Shown here in pieces: positions 21,501-32,400 of a stretch of DNA of 64,000 bases. The translations under genes and the position numbers were made by a program. Numbering within the stretch: the stretch's first letter is position 1; each line of letters begins with the position of its first letter. Under the pieces are notes generated by a model. It did not search any database. It saw only the letters and a list, made by a program, of their open reading frames with translations, and was not told the origin of the DNA. Source of the stretch: Prevotella sp. (GTDB lineage: Bacteria; Bacteroidota; Bacteroidia; Bacteroidales; Bacteroidaceae); contig JAEEVS010000010.1 of NCBI GenBank assembly GCA_016290975.1, positions 4,481 through 68,480 of the forward strand, given 5' to 3'.

Positions 21501-23454
21501 AGATGGTAACATCACCATTGTTGTAAGGATATACTGCTTTAGTCTGCACGTCTGATACACCATCACTACCATTCTCCTGCTTGAAGCTCTCACCATCAAG
21601 GAACCTCAGCATGTAGGTTTTGTTCTCCTTATCCTCAATGTTCAGGCTGTTCATGCCATCGAGGTCTACATCATCACTTACATCGTAGTTTACGTATATA
21701 GGGTCTCCGCTTTCTACATCAAACGTACTGGTGATAGGGTCGCTGAGAGTATATACGTCACCAACAATGCTTGCCGTCTTATAGAAATGATATGCTGACA
21801 CTAATGGGCTTATCCATTCATCAGGCAGTTTCAATTCTGACTCATTACTTTCTATGGTAGCGATGAGTTTCTTCTGACGGTCAATAAGTTTATAAGTGAC
21901 AGATATATCAACAGGATATACCTTTACCTCTGCCTTTAAGAAGTCAGCGTTATCATCACCTGGGGCATCCATAAAATTTATCTGCTCAAAGAGAATAAGG
22001 TCACCAGGGGTGCTGCCAGCCATAATGACGAACTTAGTGGATGCTTCATCATCAAGAGCAAGTGTAGGAGTTGGTGAGAACACCATAAATTTGCCTGTGC
22101 CTACGTTCTTTATCTCCACATCATAAGGATCTTCAGCGCCACCTATGTTCCACAAGTGAGAAGGTTGGGTGTTGTTAGCATCCTCATAGGCAAGAGTACC
22201 ATTATTGTCATAAGCACAATAGTTGTCAGATATTCTCTTGATATTGAAAGCACGAGCGCCACGCAGTCTCAGGAACTTGTCTGACAGGTGGTCTGTGGTG
22301 TAGGTCACATAAATATTAGTTTTATCTGACGGAGTAGCATCAATCTTCGCCTCATCAGTCAACTGATCTATCGACGTATAAGGTTCGCTGAAAGAATAGA
22401 ATGATGCTGTCTCACCTGCAAGATAGCTGCTGCGAATGTCGGCAGGAATGTCATCAATAGAACTTAGGGACTTGCCTTCACCTTGTTTTACCTCTTTCTT
22501 TATAGCGATGTCTCCTGCACGATTTATTATATAATAGGTATAGGTATGCAATGGCATGCTCTTTACACCAGAAGCATTTTCACCAACAACAGCAATCGCC
22601 TTGATTACGTCCGTTTCTGTTGGTGGAGTAAAGGCTTCACTACATACTGGGCTTTCTGCCGTTGGATTTGAACCATCGGTAGTATAATGTATCGTTCCCT
22701 CTGGTGCTGTAATGGTAAACGTCCCATCGTTATTATTAGTAATGGTTGGAGGGAAGATATAAACCGTAGACTCAAGATAGAATTTGCCACTATTTGTACT
22801 TTCTGTGGTTCCTTTAGTCCAAAGACCAATGATACCGCCCGTATTTATACCATTAAAAGGATCTCCGTCGCCAACAAGTGATTCCTTGTTTCCTTTATTG
22901 ACATTCAGATATTTTCTTGGATTTCCACTATCGGGATCAACACTATTATCTTCAGCATATTTAGAAATAATTTCATAAGATTCACTCGAAGAGTCATATC
23001 TAATAGCAAACAATGCATAATCATCATTTGCAGGTGAATCCTCAAGATGTACACGCACACGACCTTTGTTGGATAGAAAACCAGCGTTGTAAGTTAGGTA
23101 TTTTCCATCAATAGCATGTATGATATAGTAATAATCCAAAGTAGGATGTTTCTCAATAAACCATATAGCTTTGTTTGCATCATAACCAACTGTACCACGA
23201 CACTTGTAGGTAGTCAGAAACGGCATACCATTGTCTGTATCGGTATAGAATGGAGATGATGACTGGTAATATTTCCAGCCCACCGTTGGACACAGGTAGA
23301 AGTTGTTTGCCGGTGTACCACTGTGGGTAACGGTGCCAATGTAGTACGTTCCGGAATAATCATCCGTCTGTCCCCACGCCTCACTGCCTCCTGCAAGGAG
23401 CAGGAGAGAAGTGAGAACTACTAAACTCTTAAACTTTTGAACTATTGAACTCAT
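12583..23454 (-). CDS. Giant secreted protein (3623 aa) with Fn3-like/CHB_HEX_C module, GLUG-like region and many (N/S)V(Y/F)GGG beta-helix repeats
   Basis: Signal peptide ending AWG|Q; TIHYTTDGSNPT motif; VGGIVG GLUG-like motifs; dozens of VYGGG/VFGGG repeats running to the C-terminus. Confidence 0.85.
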   Translation of the reverse strand: MSSIVQKFKSLVVLTSLLLLAGGSEAWGQTDDYSGTYYIGTVTHSGTPANNFYLCPTVGWKYYQSSSPFYTDTDNGMPFLTTYKCRGTVGYDANKAIWFIEKHPTLDYYYIIHAIDGKYLTYNAGFLSNKGRVRVHLEDSPANDDYALFAIRYDSSSESYEIISKYAEDNSVDPDSGNPRKYLNVNKGNKESLVGDGDPFNGINTGGIIGLWTKGTTESTNSGKFYLESTVYIFPPTITNNNDGTFTITAPEGTIHYTTDGSNPTAESPVCSEAFTPPTETDVIKAIAVVGENASGVKSMPLHTYTYYIINRAGDIAIKKEVKQGEGKSLSSIDDIPADIRSSYLAGETASFYSFSEPYTSIDQLTDEAKIDATPSDKTNIYVTYTTDHLSDKFLRLRGARAFNIKRISDNYCAYDNNGTLAYEDANNTQPSHLWNIGGAEDPYDVEIKNVGTGKFMVFSPTPTLALDDEASTKFVIMAGSTPGDLILFEQINFMDAPGDDNADFLKAEVKVYPVDISVTYKLIDRQKKLIATIESNESELKLPDEWISPLVSAYHFYKTASIVGDVYTLSDPITSTFDVESGDPIYVNYDVSDDVDLDGMNSLNIEDKENKTYMLRFLDGESFKQENGSDGVSDVQTKAVYPYNNGDVTIYVYGVEQWQTQLSKGASTRSRWLWYIVPANNPASKDELDPYHVNIVSYQDHIFKDEDGNELGRYHSYLRTYKPEGYANVVTSVINSNPLTNGGNYGDDPYTNLATEYMIVGTAHQTRLVTLNPIDDGTSNERRTVNTFEQYWKNRPTVQGILSEANKVTTEGRNVTLTSAQKTEIAEEGWHVYTAWAYSAPWINNESGTTKTNKQYLNEEHAFQTISMGSGNFVFEEVSLEPLVILMDNHGWEVMRVPVSKTDVLRTYNSPMVEQYKWYSASVKTTGYHKYSVIGTPYHTSTSLATVPTGAKEGNDFYVTYTVKPAYTSTYTGAATAAATIPTAFLLKQGGKYAKTSGSIIEGADAPASIEDAPDDMLWFLRPNFDIDREMGYLYEGETGAHDEAKTKDATEQDYYLAGKNGFDPYNVQIQSVYNTKRYFTANSSAIALKSGVWTGTSSQVTLQNLNVKQHAIGHDQTTLNITDATFMVVSDANGNMRLMPRFDNTKVAEIDGDNNPFTVLAEQKAAATAGDKGNDVQTLWIEHKDAATEIHSRSEITDMNGHYVLASDFTFAGFTSLGTSEAPFTGVIDGQYNTYSGLNTPLVAYANGAVIRNLILDNVSISGGTNVGAICNEATGATRIYNCGILATNSTVRTDENGYTHISSCSSSVSGSNYVGSIVGLLDGSSRVINCYSYADITGGAEVGGIVGHNNVATSSSYLETMVMNCMYYGNITGSNNKAPIYNGVNIVNKDATGVGNYNYFYAEAPYVVAQDMQTSNGALMAETRFLQRFEFFRNLQNSHRELAAWWATGDRARKDEMAKWVLLPSQIGSSTPYPVLAKPGYYPSVVNIDAENATTTTERNKGGKMGTLTVNIQMGNGAQFAKPDGAEIVYPSLTLNITDKDPEHFNFNYYKVQLPYYNEVGTKNYTHNRVVTGWKIVSITGGTPGSFTTGTDAPAYNFADRNCTNKDKYSVSGRVFSQGAYWDVPEGVTAITIEPYWAKAVYLADANADVVYNTNMETAYQVPNVGGGNIYTNGSQYSIAGNNQVVYTSLSNAVTALAPNTLHTVNDYAVVLVGNFHFYTTTHVSGTQPYTVTSVDLDGDDEPDYSLMLRNNGRDEWHPVKWDFINIPGLGMAQKSTGGTGSYNLGIVVPKGWFESTNTSLFRVTQFEYSRNSSHTIAAPYILQGGVMEQWVTGQNNGDTDPKNTTYFHVGGNVWFKEFHRGTHQDNTGNTNHTPISVTGGDFDKFYLTGMYRADVTSYADNAECYINGGRFGVVAGAAMEGIGTSGGGDNTGNVTWQIQNADIKEFYGGGFNADSNHRVEGNITTTITGGKIDLFCGGPKFGDMNEGKTVTTTATGCEFGTFFGAGFGGSSYSRRAPNNKSGVVNTNWNNWVSEQYTQASASGFPGISTQFSYQFIPMSDNKTNVARLFVEHVLFSLATTRNVTSTLTDCTITGNFYGGGSLGKVEGPATSTLTGCTVKGNVFGAGYSASLPTVEVDSIGFRTTPLYYTDYGTYRTGVKGATTTYKWQHGDAISIDKTNHILYTTENLDGLGAVTGKVTLNINGTTTVGESVYGGGEESAVNNDTEVNVNGGIIGTEGEGGATWGNVYGGGKGKEDDVNAGMVKGNTNVTISGTAETTKILHNVYGGGAFGSVGTFTYNPSTGTTTLADNTGMANVTITGGTFGSDGKNNGMVFGSSRGSEGDPESNPLVDKMAWVGNTNVVIGTTSAEDNTNPWIKGSVYGGGENGHNFKDALVTIHSGTIGIAEGSPITDDGGTPDDPSDDITYSGARYPSRGNVYGSGCGTDTYKKTVSEVEKTYFDFNAGIVRGNTTVQIDGGHVVHNVYGGGAMGSVGTYTLADATYHTAHPEVPVGKPISCAEGTGTCTVTVSGGQIGVAGAKMAGYGKGGPDDYGHVFGAGRGEMHDPVQYPNLETCAYFNKAILNISGTAFLTGSAYGGSESGHVLGDTEVNISGGQIGCGKNVTAPYGAEVWGDDYVPSDDLECASWPYEAPYAPHDLYANATGDLDKYPSGESTEGGRLEASDGHTYYGNVFGGGSGCVPYYDTTEGISKYLSTAGSVEGTTTVTIDGGHILTNVYGGCEATNVKGSATVTMTGGTVGVPRTFSQIVAHPVTCYVFGAGKGDQRIFFNKETNVDRATVTVEGGKVYGSVFGGGEDGHVFQNTTVNIGTDEGEGPTIGTLGTSYVDGNVFGGGRGFSGDALTAGNVGGSVELNIESGKILGSVYGGGRLASVGYGLYLVDEEIEEDGHKIKPYGILRPNNKYDGSYPNPSTESASTYYNNGRGYITINISGGTIGNDNEYIYNPTAEQKAVIPNTTFDYQNHLQYTKGGNVFTGGMGRLYALDGTLLPLWPKLGKCKGTTLNMTGGTVKSSIYGGGEIGAVAENATVNIKGGTVGTKVVDSEDATKYYYFGSVFGGGKGSVDDITYPEGTPEEEQIPISEAGTTGGNIAVSLNETVESDAEGAVVHQVFGCNDMNGSPKGTVTVHVYATQTPENANISTKPAKNSDKYDVEAVYGGGNLAAYIPTDDNSKASVTIDGCDLTSINTVYGGGNAASVPASEVIVKGTYEIGTIFGGGNGNDKLPSGEDNPGANVGYKADGTTTYGKGTTFVDLQGGLIHDAYGGSNAKGKIWKTASVSLNEAKDGSGAPCCPLVLDEVYGAGNEAYMEGGTSIDLVCISKLGTLYGGAKNADVNGNVVMNIQSGRFDRVFGGNNIGGNINGSIEVNIEETGCYPIIIGELYGGGNLAAYSVYGYNDDGTPKTSGDKLYKDPVVNVKSFTSIGNIYGGGYGEGALMVGSPTVNINEVADPTSEAQTRSYTEDAQIKYYSNYAGETKEIAGHSVILPSHVKGNMGSIHSVFGGGKAAKVEGSTTVNIGTTVGEDIYKQIPVKAGDTLPTDCYTKSDDTYTSASGTAVADTTYYKKYTVLGVDIRDNVYGGGDEAEVTGDASVNVGKKKVATPEP

Positions 23455-23497
23455 ATATCAATTGAACTCTTGAACTATTGAACTTCTTATCACTCAC

Positions 23498-26400
23498 TTA
23501 TCTTACCATCAGCTTGCTGCTGTAGTCGCCAGTGACGGTGCGGACAGCATATACCAAGCCTGAAGGTACGTTGATAACAACGGTGCTGTTAGGCTTAATA
23601 TCGAATGCCTTGACGAGTGCACCGCCTACTCCGTAAACGAGTACTGTGCGAGCCTCCTTGAGAGTTGACTTGGTAGTGATAGTACCAAGACCTGGAATGA
23701 AGGTCATGCCGCCCTCGCCTTCTGTTACGGTAGAAGGTTCGTTGTCGTCAGCACCATTGTCAGGTGTTACCTCTGGCTTGCCCTCTGCATCAGAGAATAC
23801 GATGCTGAGAGTGTGGCCGCTGTTTGTCGTAGCGAAGTAAGCACGGAATGGCAATACTGGTGTTGCATCACCTGTGGCTGGTACCTTGACGTATCTGTTG
23901 CCTTCGGCATTCATCACGTAGTTGTAAGTACCTGCTGCAAGCTCCTGATTCAGATAGCTTGGAGTGAAGGTGTAGCCCTCATCTACTGGACTATGGTTCA
24001 TATCATCATCACTCTTGTTGATAGTGATATTAGGATAAGAAGCGAAGGTTACTACCTGACGCTCGAAGCCTGTAGGCATCTTAGGTGCAGTCCACTGACC
24101 GCTGAGGTCAAACTCATAGAATGCCTTTCCAGGGAAGCCTATCAGATAAGGTGTAGCCTGTTGCTGCAATGGATAGCCCTCGTAGGTGTGTGAAGTCTTG
24201 TAATACCTGTTCTGTCCTTCTGTTTCACCATCCTTTATATCAAGATACTGATGCAGAGCATCCCACAGGTAGTGGTTGTCGTAAGTATTGTCATAAGCGT
24301 CTTCACCTTCATTCTTAGCAAGGCTAATGAAGGTAGCCTTCTTGATGGTAGGCTCAGAACCATTATTTATTTCAGTGTACTTGCGCAGCCAGTACTCATG
24401 ACCTATCTTACCATTGTTGCCGTCACCTGTGTAGAAGTGAGTTATCTCGCCCTTCTGATGGGTGCTTACAGTCAGTACATTGAATGGCAGTACGATAGAC
24501 TCCCAACCAGTGTTGATGCCGGCATAGGTGTCAGGTATGCGCTGATACCACATGCGTGAGCTACTATCGAATCTGTAAGGTATTGGAGCCCAGAAGTCAT
24601 TCTTGTCTATAAGCAGATGGTCGTTAGAAGCTCCGTAAGTAGTTGTTCCTGTATTTCTGTAAACCCAGTGACCATTTACTGTTGTACCGTCCTGAGCGGC
24701 TACTCTGCCGTAATCACCCTGAACATAGTCAGGCTCCTCAAGTGATGTCTGTACTACCTTAGCAGTCTTTTCAGCTGCAGTAGTACCATCGCCTAACGTT
24801 GGAGCTGCCTCGGTATATACAAGCAGGTTCTTTGTGAGTCCGTAGTTGCTGAGACCAGATATCTCGTCAACATCGAGCAATGGAGCGAAGAACTCACTGC
24901 CTTCATCATCCTTAGAATAAGCCTTAGCTGTGCCATTATCCTTGTCGAACGCATCGTCATAGCCTGTGAAGTCTATTGCCGTCAAGCCCCTATGAATATC
25001 TGTCGGGTTATCTTCATCGGCATCAGTCTTAGCGAAGACTGCGTTAGGACTGAAGTAAACCTTGCTCATAGTGCTGTTGCGGAAATAAGCTGGAGCACGA
25101 TATACTCGGTTACCAGTGTCACCTACGTCTATCAGGTCATCAGCCTTTGCTATTGGTGAAGGAACATCCTGATGTGTCTTACCTGCTATGTGACCGTAGG
25201 TCAGAGCCTGTCCGAAGAACAGGTAGTCGTATGGATAGAGAGGCACATAGAGCTGTTCGCCTGTTATTGGGTCAGTCTCTGGTGTATCTGTTTCTGGGTT
25301 CTTCTTCACACGGTCTGGGTTCACAACCTCAGGTATTACGCCGTCAGCGTAGATGAAGTCAGGATTACCATAACGGCTCTGTACATAGGTATCTGCTATC
25401 TTTGGAGTGCCACCATTCTTGTTGAAGCGCTCTTGCAGATAGAAGCGGTTAAGGTTGTAAGCCACCTCACCATAGTAGAAGGCAGTCTTCGAAGCCGTCT
25501 TTGCAGCGCCGTCTTCGAAGGCTTCGTTACCTGGGTAGTAGCAGTTCGTCACCTGAGCATCGCTGTCGTAGCTGCCGATTACAGCCTTGGTATCGGCTGC
25601 CGGTGTGCCACTGGTTTTTATCCAGCAGTTCTCTGCAGAACCACTGTTATCAGCATCGTCGGCTATACCGCCACCAGTGAAGGTTCCCATCACGCCAAGG
25701 TTATAAACATGACCGCAGAGCTTACCGAAGAGTGAGTTGTCAAGTCCGCTCACGTAGTGACCGTCACCATGAACGTTACCCTCGAAGCACTGTGTTTCAT
25801 CACCTATCGGTGTCCAAGCATCAGCATGCCTGATGTTGGTACGGAAGATGATGTCAAGTTCCTTAGCACCTGTTACATTGCTTGGTGTGTCGAATGCTCC
25901 ATAGGTTGATACAGCTGTAGCATCACCGAGTGTAAGTTTATAGAGATCACTCAGCAAGTCGAGACCATTCTTGCCGTCAGTTGTGTAGTCATTGACGTAA
26001 ATCTTAGGATAACGCTTACCTGAGGTGTGAGCATCCTTATGATCTATATAATAGTGGTGTCTGTCACCTGCCTCCATCATGGTCTTGAGGTCATGATAGT
26101 TGGCAACGCTCAGAGGAACGGCGTTAGAATATGTCTCACCGAGATATGTCTTAGCGTAGTAAGCCAGATAGTAGCCGTTCTGATACCAGTAGAGCGGATC
26201 AGCGGTAGGTGTGTATTCGATACCGTTGATGTGGCTCTCGGCGTCAGACTTCTTCTCGAATATCTTCCAGCCACCACCTGTTATCTCGTAAGCACCAGGT
26301 GTTACGTGTGGCTCGCGTACTCCGACGTAGGTACCAGGCAGCACAGTCTGTGGAGCCTTGATGTCCTCGACGGTAGGAATACCGCTCTTGAAGAGTACGT

Positions 26401-29400
26401 GGATGTTCACTACGTGACGCTCGCTGACAGGGGTAATGTTTTCACCTGTAGCATCGCTCTCCTCGTAGTCATACTGATAGATTACGGTGATAATCTTCTC
26501 CTTAGAGAGGTCGAAGATATCAGAGAAGCGGCTGACGTACAGCGTACTTGTCTCCGTAGGTGCTACACCGTGGATGGTGAAGTCAGTCTGGTAGTTTTTC
26601 AAATCATCGAAGTTACCATTAGTAATAACGACACCCACTGGAACCGTTGCACCATTAGAGTATGTTCCTGTTACGCCACCAGTGACTGCGACACCTGTTA
26701 CGGTTTCACCTTGACCATGCTCACCGACCTCATACTCCTCGCGGCAGTAATAATATTTGCCTAACTGTTCATTGGTAAAGGTCAGTGTTGTGACATTCGC
26801 CTTGTCGGAGTCAGCCAAGCTATTATACGTACTTGCAGAGATTACTGTACCCACAGCGTATGGTGTGTTACCTACCTGGAATGGAGTTTTAACAACATAT
26901 ACGTCGCCTGCCTCCGCCACGTTAATGGTAGTGTAGTGACGCTTTTCGTTAGGAATGTTCTCGAACACTTCTCGAGAAATCTCGTCACCAGGGGCTACGG
27001 TACCACTTCCATAATCGAGGGTGCTTGTACCGTTATAGGTTGCTTTATAGTCAACAGGTTTCTCTAATGAGTAGGCTGCCTTGTTAGCCTCAGCTGCTAC
27101 GGCTGTGGCTGCGGAAGAGTCATACTGGTATTTCTGTCCCTGAGTTCCATCGTAATTTGGGTCAATGAGCACGTCAAGAGCATCGTAGTTGAATTCGAAG
27201 TTCGCACGGTCAGTTTCAGACATAGAACTCCATACCTCAAGTGCACGATAGTTTCTATTAGCCTCATAGTAGTTACCACCATAGAGACCTTCAACAGTAC
27301 AGTAGTAAGCAGGAACGACCTCAGTATTAATCAATGTTGCCAGTGATGAATATTTGGTCTTGTATGCCTCTTTCTCTGCCTCAGTCATACGGCTACCTGC
27401 ATAGATATACTCTGTCTTGCTGAGCTGTATGGTGCTGGTGCTGATGAAAGCAGGAGCAACATAACCGGTCATACTCTCTGCGTCGTCGGCAGATACTGCG
27501 CTACCGACATTCAGGTGAACGTCGCCGCTTGTGTATTCCTTTGTTACGAGGTATGCACCTTTGAATGTAGCCTGACCAGTAGTTGGTTTGGCAGATGCAG
27601 GTATATCCTGATATGTATTATAAACATCCTCAGAGATAAGGTTGCTAACCTGATACTCACGCTGTCCGAAGACGCCAGCCGTAATACCACCCTTCAGGCG
27701 ATAGGTAGGTCCGTCTTCATATTCAGTACCACCTGTCTGATTCTTATCCGCAACAGGAGTTGCACTCTGCTTCGGAGTGTACCATGTATTCCAACCTGTC
27801 GGGTTGTTCACCTTATAGGTCAGTATGTAGCCAGTATTGTGGCTTATGTTGTTAGATGAACGATATACGAAGTCGAAGTCCACCATCTGCTGCTTCTCTA
27901 CGTGGTAAACACCGCTTGGGTGAGCAGTCTTTGCTGCCTGGTATTCGCTTGGCAGCATTACCGTACCAGCTGGGACGATAAGTTCAGCTTCTGCGTTGTC
28001 CTTACTGTCAGCGATGGTTACGTAAGTCTGCTCCACAAACAGAGCCTTCTCTGATGGTGTCAGCAAGAACCAATCCCAGTAGTTGATAGGATCATTGAGG
28101 TGATACTCCACTTCGTTGATGACTACCTTCTGGTCCTTAGTCATTGGATGACCAGGAGTAGAGTAATAAGCATACTTGTTAGGCATCACGTTGAGCAGCT
28201 TCATCGTACCATGAGAAGCAGCCGTGATAGTAAGCGGAATATCTACCGTCTCGCTGTATGCGTTAGGTGCACCAGTGTATGCAGAGATATACTGATCATA
28301 TACATATACAGAACCCTGAATGAACCAGTAGTGAGCAGGAACGGCATCACTGCCTGAATACTTACCGCTGACGTTGTAGCAGTCGTCGATAATGGTCTGT
28401 GTACTATGTATGAAGTTACCTGATGTCTCCCACTTCACGTCTGCACCTTCGAAGGTGAAGTCGCGTCGTGTGATAGCATCTTTATTCAGTTCTGTCAGGG
28501 TGTTATGCTTATGTTCTGTATAAGAACCCACCTTATGTACGTTCTTGGCATATACGAAGCCACCACCCATACCAGGCTGCACATTGATAAGGTCGAGCTC
28601 TACCACACCAGTGATGTAGCCCCAGTCCTTCTGATTCAGGTCTGTGCCTTTGCTCTTCTCGGTAGTCAACTCCAGATATACGCCTGAAGCCAGAGCCACC
28701 TTGTTAAGGCTGGTACCGTTGTTACGCTTGCGGTCTGTTACAAGACCAGCCTTCCAGTCATAGAAGCCTGCTGTGCCGTAATCCTTGGAAGCCACCGCAG
28801 TGCTACCGTTGTTATATGCAGTAGAGGCAGCCTTGTAGGTTTCAGAGGCGTTCTCGGTGTAACGCACATTCTTAGAAGGCAAGAAGAACACGTCACTGGT
28901 GAGAGCACCAAGATAGTTAACAACGCTATAGATACCGAAATAGTTGCCGTGAATAGCCTTGTCTTTGTTAACGAAGTCTTCTGGATTCTGGTCCATGATG
29001 CCACTCTCTGCAGGCGTTTTACCAGGCTTCAGAGCCTTGTCGCTCTCAATGACTGACTCCTTATGATTGAGTGACACCTCACGCACACGGTTGATGGTGT
29101 ACTTGGTGTGGTCAGCAATCTCAGGCACACGGTCTTCTGCTCCCTCCATCACCATTCGGCTACCGAAGACGCCGCAGAAGTCAGCACGCTGCAAGGTGTT
29201 CATCAGACGGCCAGCATAGATAGAGCATACGCCGTTCGGCTGCCAATAAGCAGGGTTAGGCGCATTGTTTACAATAATTGTGTGGTTTCCTTCAAACACT
29301 GAGAGAATCTCATCAATGGTCAGTGTAGAAGCCTTGCTGTATCCGCCACCTTCAGGATGATATGGTGTACCATCTTTATCTGTACAAGCTTGGACACACT

Positions 29401-32400
29401 TATACTTCAGCTGATAGTAAGCAGCCTCACGTGCAGGAAGATTATTATACTGGTCAATCGTTATCTCCTTAGAGATGTTATAATAGTCTGTACCATAGTT
29501 GGTAATGTTCAGTCCACGATAGCCGTCAACGAAGGTAAGGTTACCGTCGCCGTACAGACCACCAGTACGTCCTGTACCCAAGGTAATCAGGTCGCGATGG
29601 TAAACGTCGTGGATAGATGCCGTAGCGTTGCCGAATACCGTAGTAGCATTGGCATACACGGTAGAAGAACCTGATGAGGTGTTACCGCCTGCGAATACGG
29701 CGTTGTAGATAATGATACCTGCATCATCCAGCTTTGCCCATGTAGCAGCGGCATCATTCTTATTGCCCAGATGGTGGAGGTCAGCGGTGGTTACATATTC
29801 GCCCTCCGCGTACGCGTGTTCATTAACAGTAACAGCTTCCTTTGCCCTACAATAAGGCTCAATAAGCACCTTACAGTCCTCAGTAAGCACATACTCGCCA
29901 TTATCCTTTACCCAGCGATCGTCACTTGCAGATGGGGTTTCTGGGAATGGAGTGTATGATCCGTCACCTATCTTAAATGCGTAATAGTAACCCTCCCATA
30001 CATTGTCGTAACGATTGCCGTCCTTTATGCCGACATAGAGTTTGCCGTCATCGCCTTCGTAGGCGCTATATACATAACCTATATCGCCACCGCCGAATAC
30101 GTTACCGTTTCCGCGTGCCAGTTCATCTGTAGTACCCACTGTACCGCTGTGCATGTGCACCTCCGTCTGTCCGAAGACGTAACCGTCGGAATAGAGAGTA
30201 CCACCCTCACCGAGGTTGTTATAGCCTCGACCGCCACCAAAGAGGTTGCGGTGTACCTCGCCCTCGAAGAAGTCCACTGATGTCTTACCAGCCTTATAGA
30301 TACCCTTCAAGGTACGTACGCTATTGTCAACGCCTGAAGCCTCGATGACACCACGTCCTACGGCAGCAATCTCGCCACCACCGAAGAGGCTGTTACGTAC
30401 CACGCCGCCAAACATCTTTACCTTAGTGAAGTCAACACTACTGTTGTCGATATAACCTCCACCAAAGATACATCCACTATCATAGAGACGGTTAGAGCCG
30501 TCGCCAGACCAAGTCTCGTCGTGCAGTTTCTCCTGATAGTAGTCATCGCCCACCTTTATATATTTAAGGTCGGTATCAGTTGTTGGTACGCTACTGAAGT
30601 GGCGATAGCCTATGAAGCCCTTGTTGAGGGTTATATTGGTAGTACCGAATACGGCACCACCCTCACCACCACCGTAGGCGTTACGCTCGACTGCAGGAAG
30701 ACCGTTAATGAAGCTGTCACCATCTTTCTTACCTATGATGACGTTGGTCTCACCAAGGATATCACCAGCTCTTGAGGCGTCAATAGCTCCCACATGGTAA
30801 CCCACGCTACCACGCCAGCCACCACCATAGACGTTACGTGCCGTACCGCCCTCGATATAGGCGTTGGCAGAAGCGATGAATGACTGGTCGAAGTCATCAG
30901 TAGCAATGTTGTATTTATTGTTTACTGAACCAACTGTTCCAGCGGCGTAAAGGTCCTTAGTCACCTTACCGCCAAGCAGACCGATGTAGGTGGTTCCGTG
31001 CACGTCACCAGTATTAGGAACGTTAACATCGCCCAGACCGCCACCGTAGGCGTAGGCACCGCTAAGGCTACCGTTAAACATATAACCGCAGACATCAGCA
31101 CCCTGGTTGATTATTACGTTAGTGTTGTATTTCTTGCCGTTTCTCTCTGTTGCCAGAGGATCATCCAATCCGTTATCAGTATATCCTGTACCGATAGAGA
31201 GGTCGATAGACTGTGGTGCCTGGGGCTCCGGGGTAGCGGTCTTCTCTTCAGGAGTTAAGGCTTCCCATTCCGCATGTGCAGCAGTGTATGCCGTCGTGGC
31301 TGCGGTGTTGGCCTCGCTTGCCCAAGCGTCAACGGTCTTCTTGTTCATCACACGACCGAGCTGACCGCCACCATATACCTCATATACGCGAGCATTGTTG
31401 TTAAGGTTCACCTCAGTATATTGTGACCAGGTGTCCTTACCGTAACCAGCACCATAGACGGTAGCGAGGTAGCCGTTAGTCTTGTCATAATATACTGGTG
31501 CATTGACGTTTACACGACCATAGAAGGTGCGGCGGCAGTTGTTGTTACCACCATATAGACCAGTGCGGTAGCCACCCACGAGGGCATCGCTACTGTTCCA
31601 GTTGACATTCGCCTCATAGACGTCGCAAGGATACTCCTGATACAAGCCGTAGGCACCACCAAAGATAGCCTCAGCACGGAAGGTAGAGCCTGTAGGTACG
31701 TTGACCACTGTGCGTCGTGTCACACCCTCCTGATAGCTACCGCCATAGACTGCCTTGAACTGACCACTTAGCAGGTCGATGATGGCTGATGCCTTATATG
31801 CTGTTGCAGGTGTTTTTGCTTCTTCTGGATCTACGCCCATACCTACACCACCACTCTCACCAGCGCCGAACACCTCTGTGCCCTTATAGGTCTGCATAAT
31901 CTGAGGCACATCGATGAGGATGTAGCTTCGGTTCTGCATCAAGTCCTGTTCTTCCTCACCGAGGTAACCCTGACCAGCGCCGTATATCTGCTTAACGATA
32001 TTGAGCGGGTTGTTGTTGTTGTTAGGACGGAAGTTGATAAAGGCATTGTCGAGGAATGGCTTGTGGTAGCCATCCTTAGCATGACCATCGGTATCGAAAT
32101 AAGCACGGAAGTGCTCACTCTTATAGTCATACACACCGTATGCACCACCGAAAATCTTCTCCACGCGCCCCTGTACATATTCTATATATGCAGAGGCATT
32201 GAGCATATCGGTATTATACACCTTGCTGCGAACGTCGGCATTGCGCAGACGGCTGTCGAAGTTTGCAGTATTGAGAATCTGACCGCCGAGGTCGTTACCA
32301 CCATATACGAAGTCACGAACGTATGGGAAACCATTGGTACCGATATATGTCTCAGTATGTCCGAGTACGTTAGCGTTACAAGCTCCAGCGAAGGAGTCGA

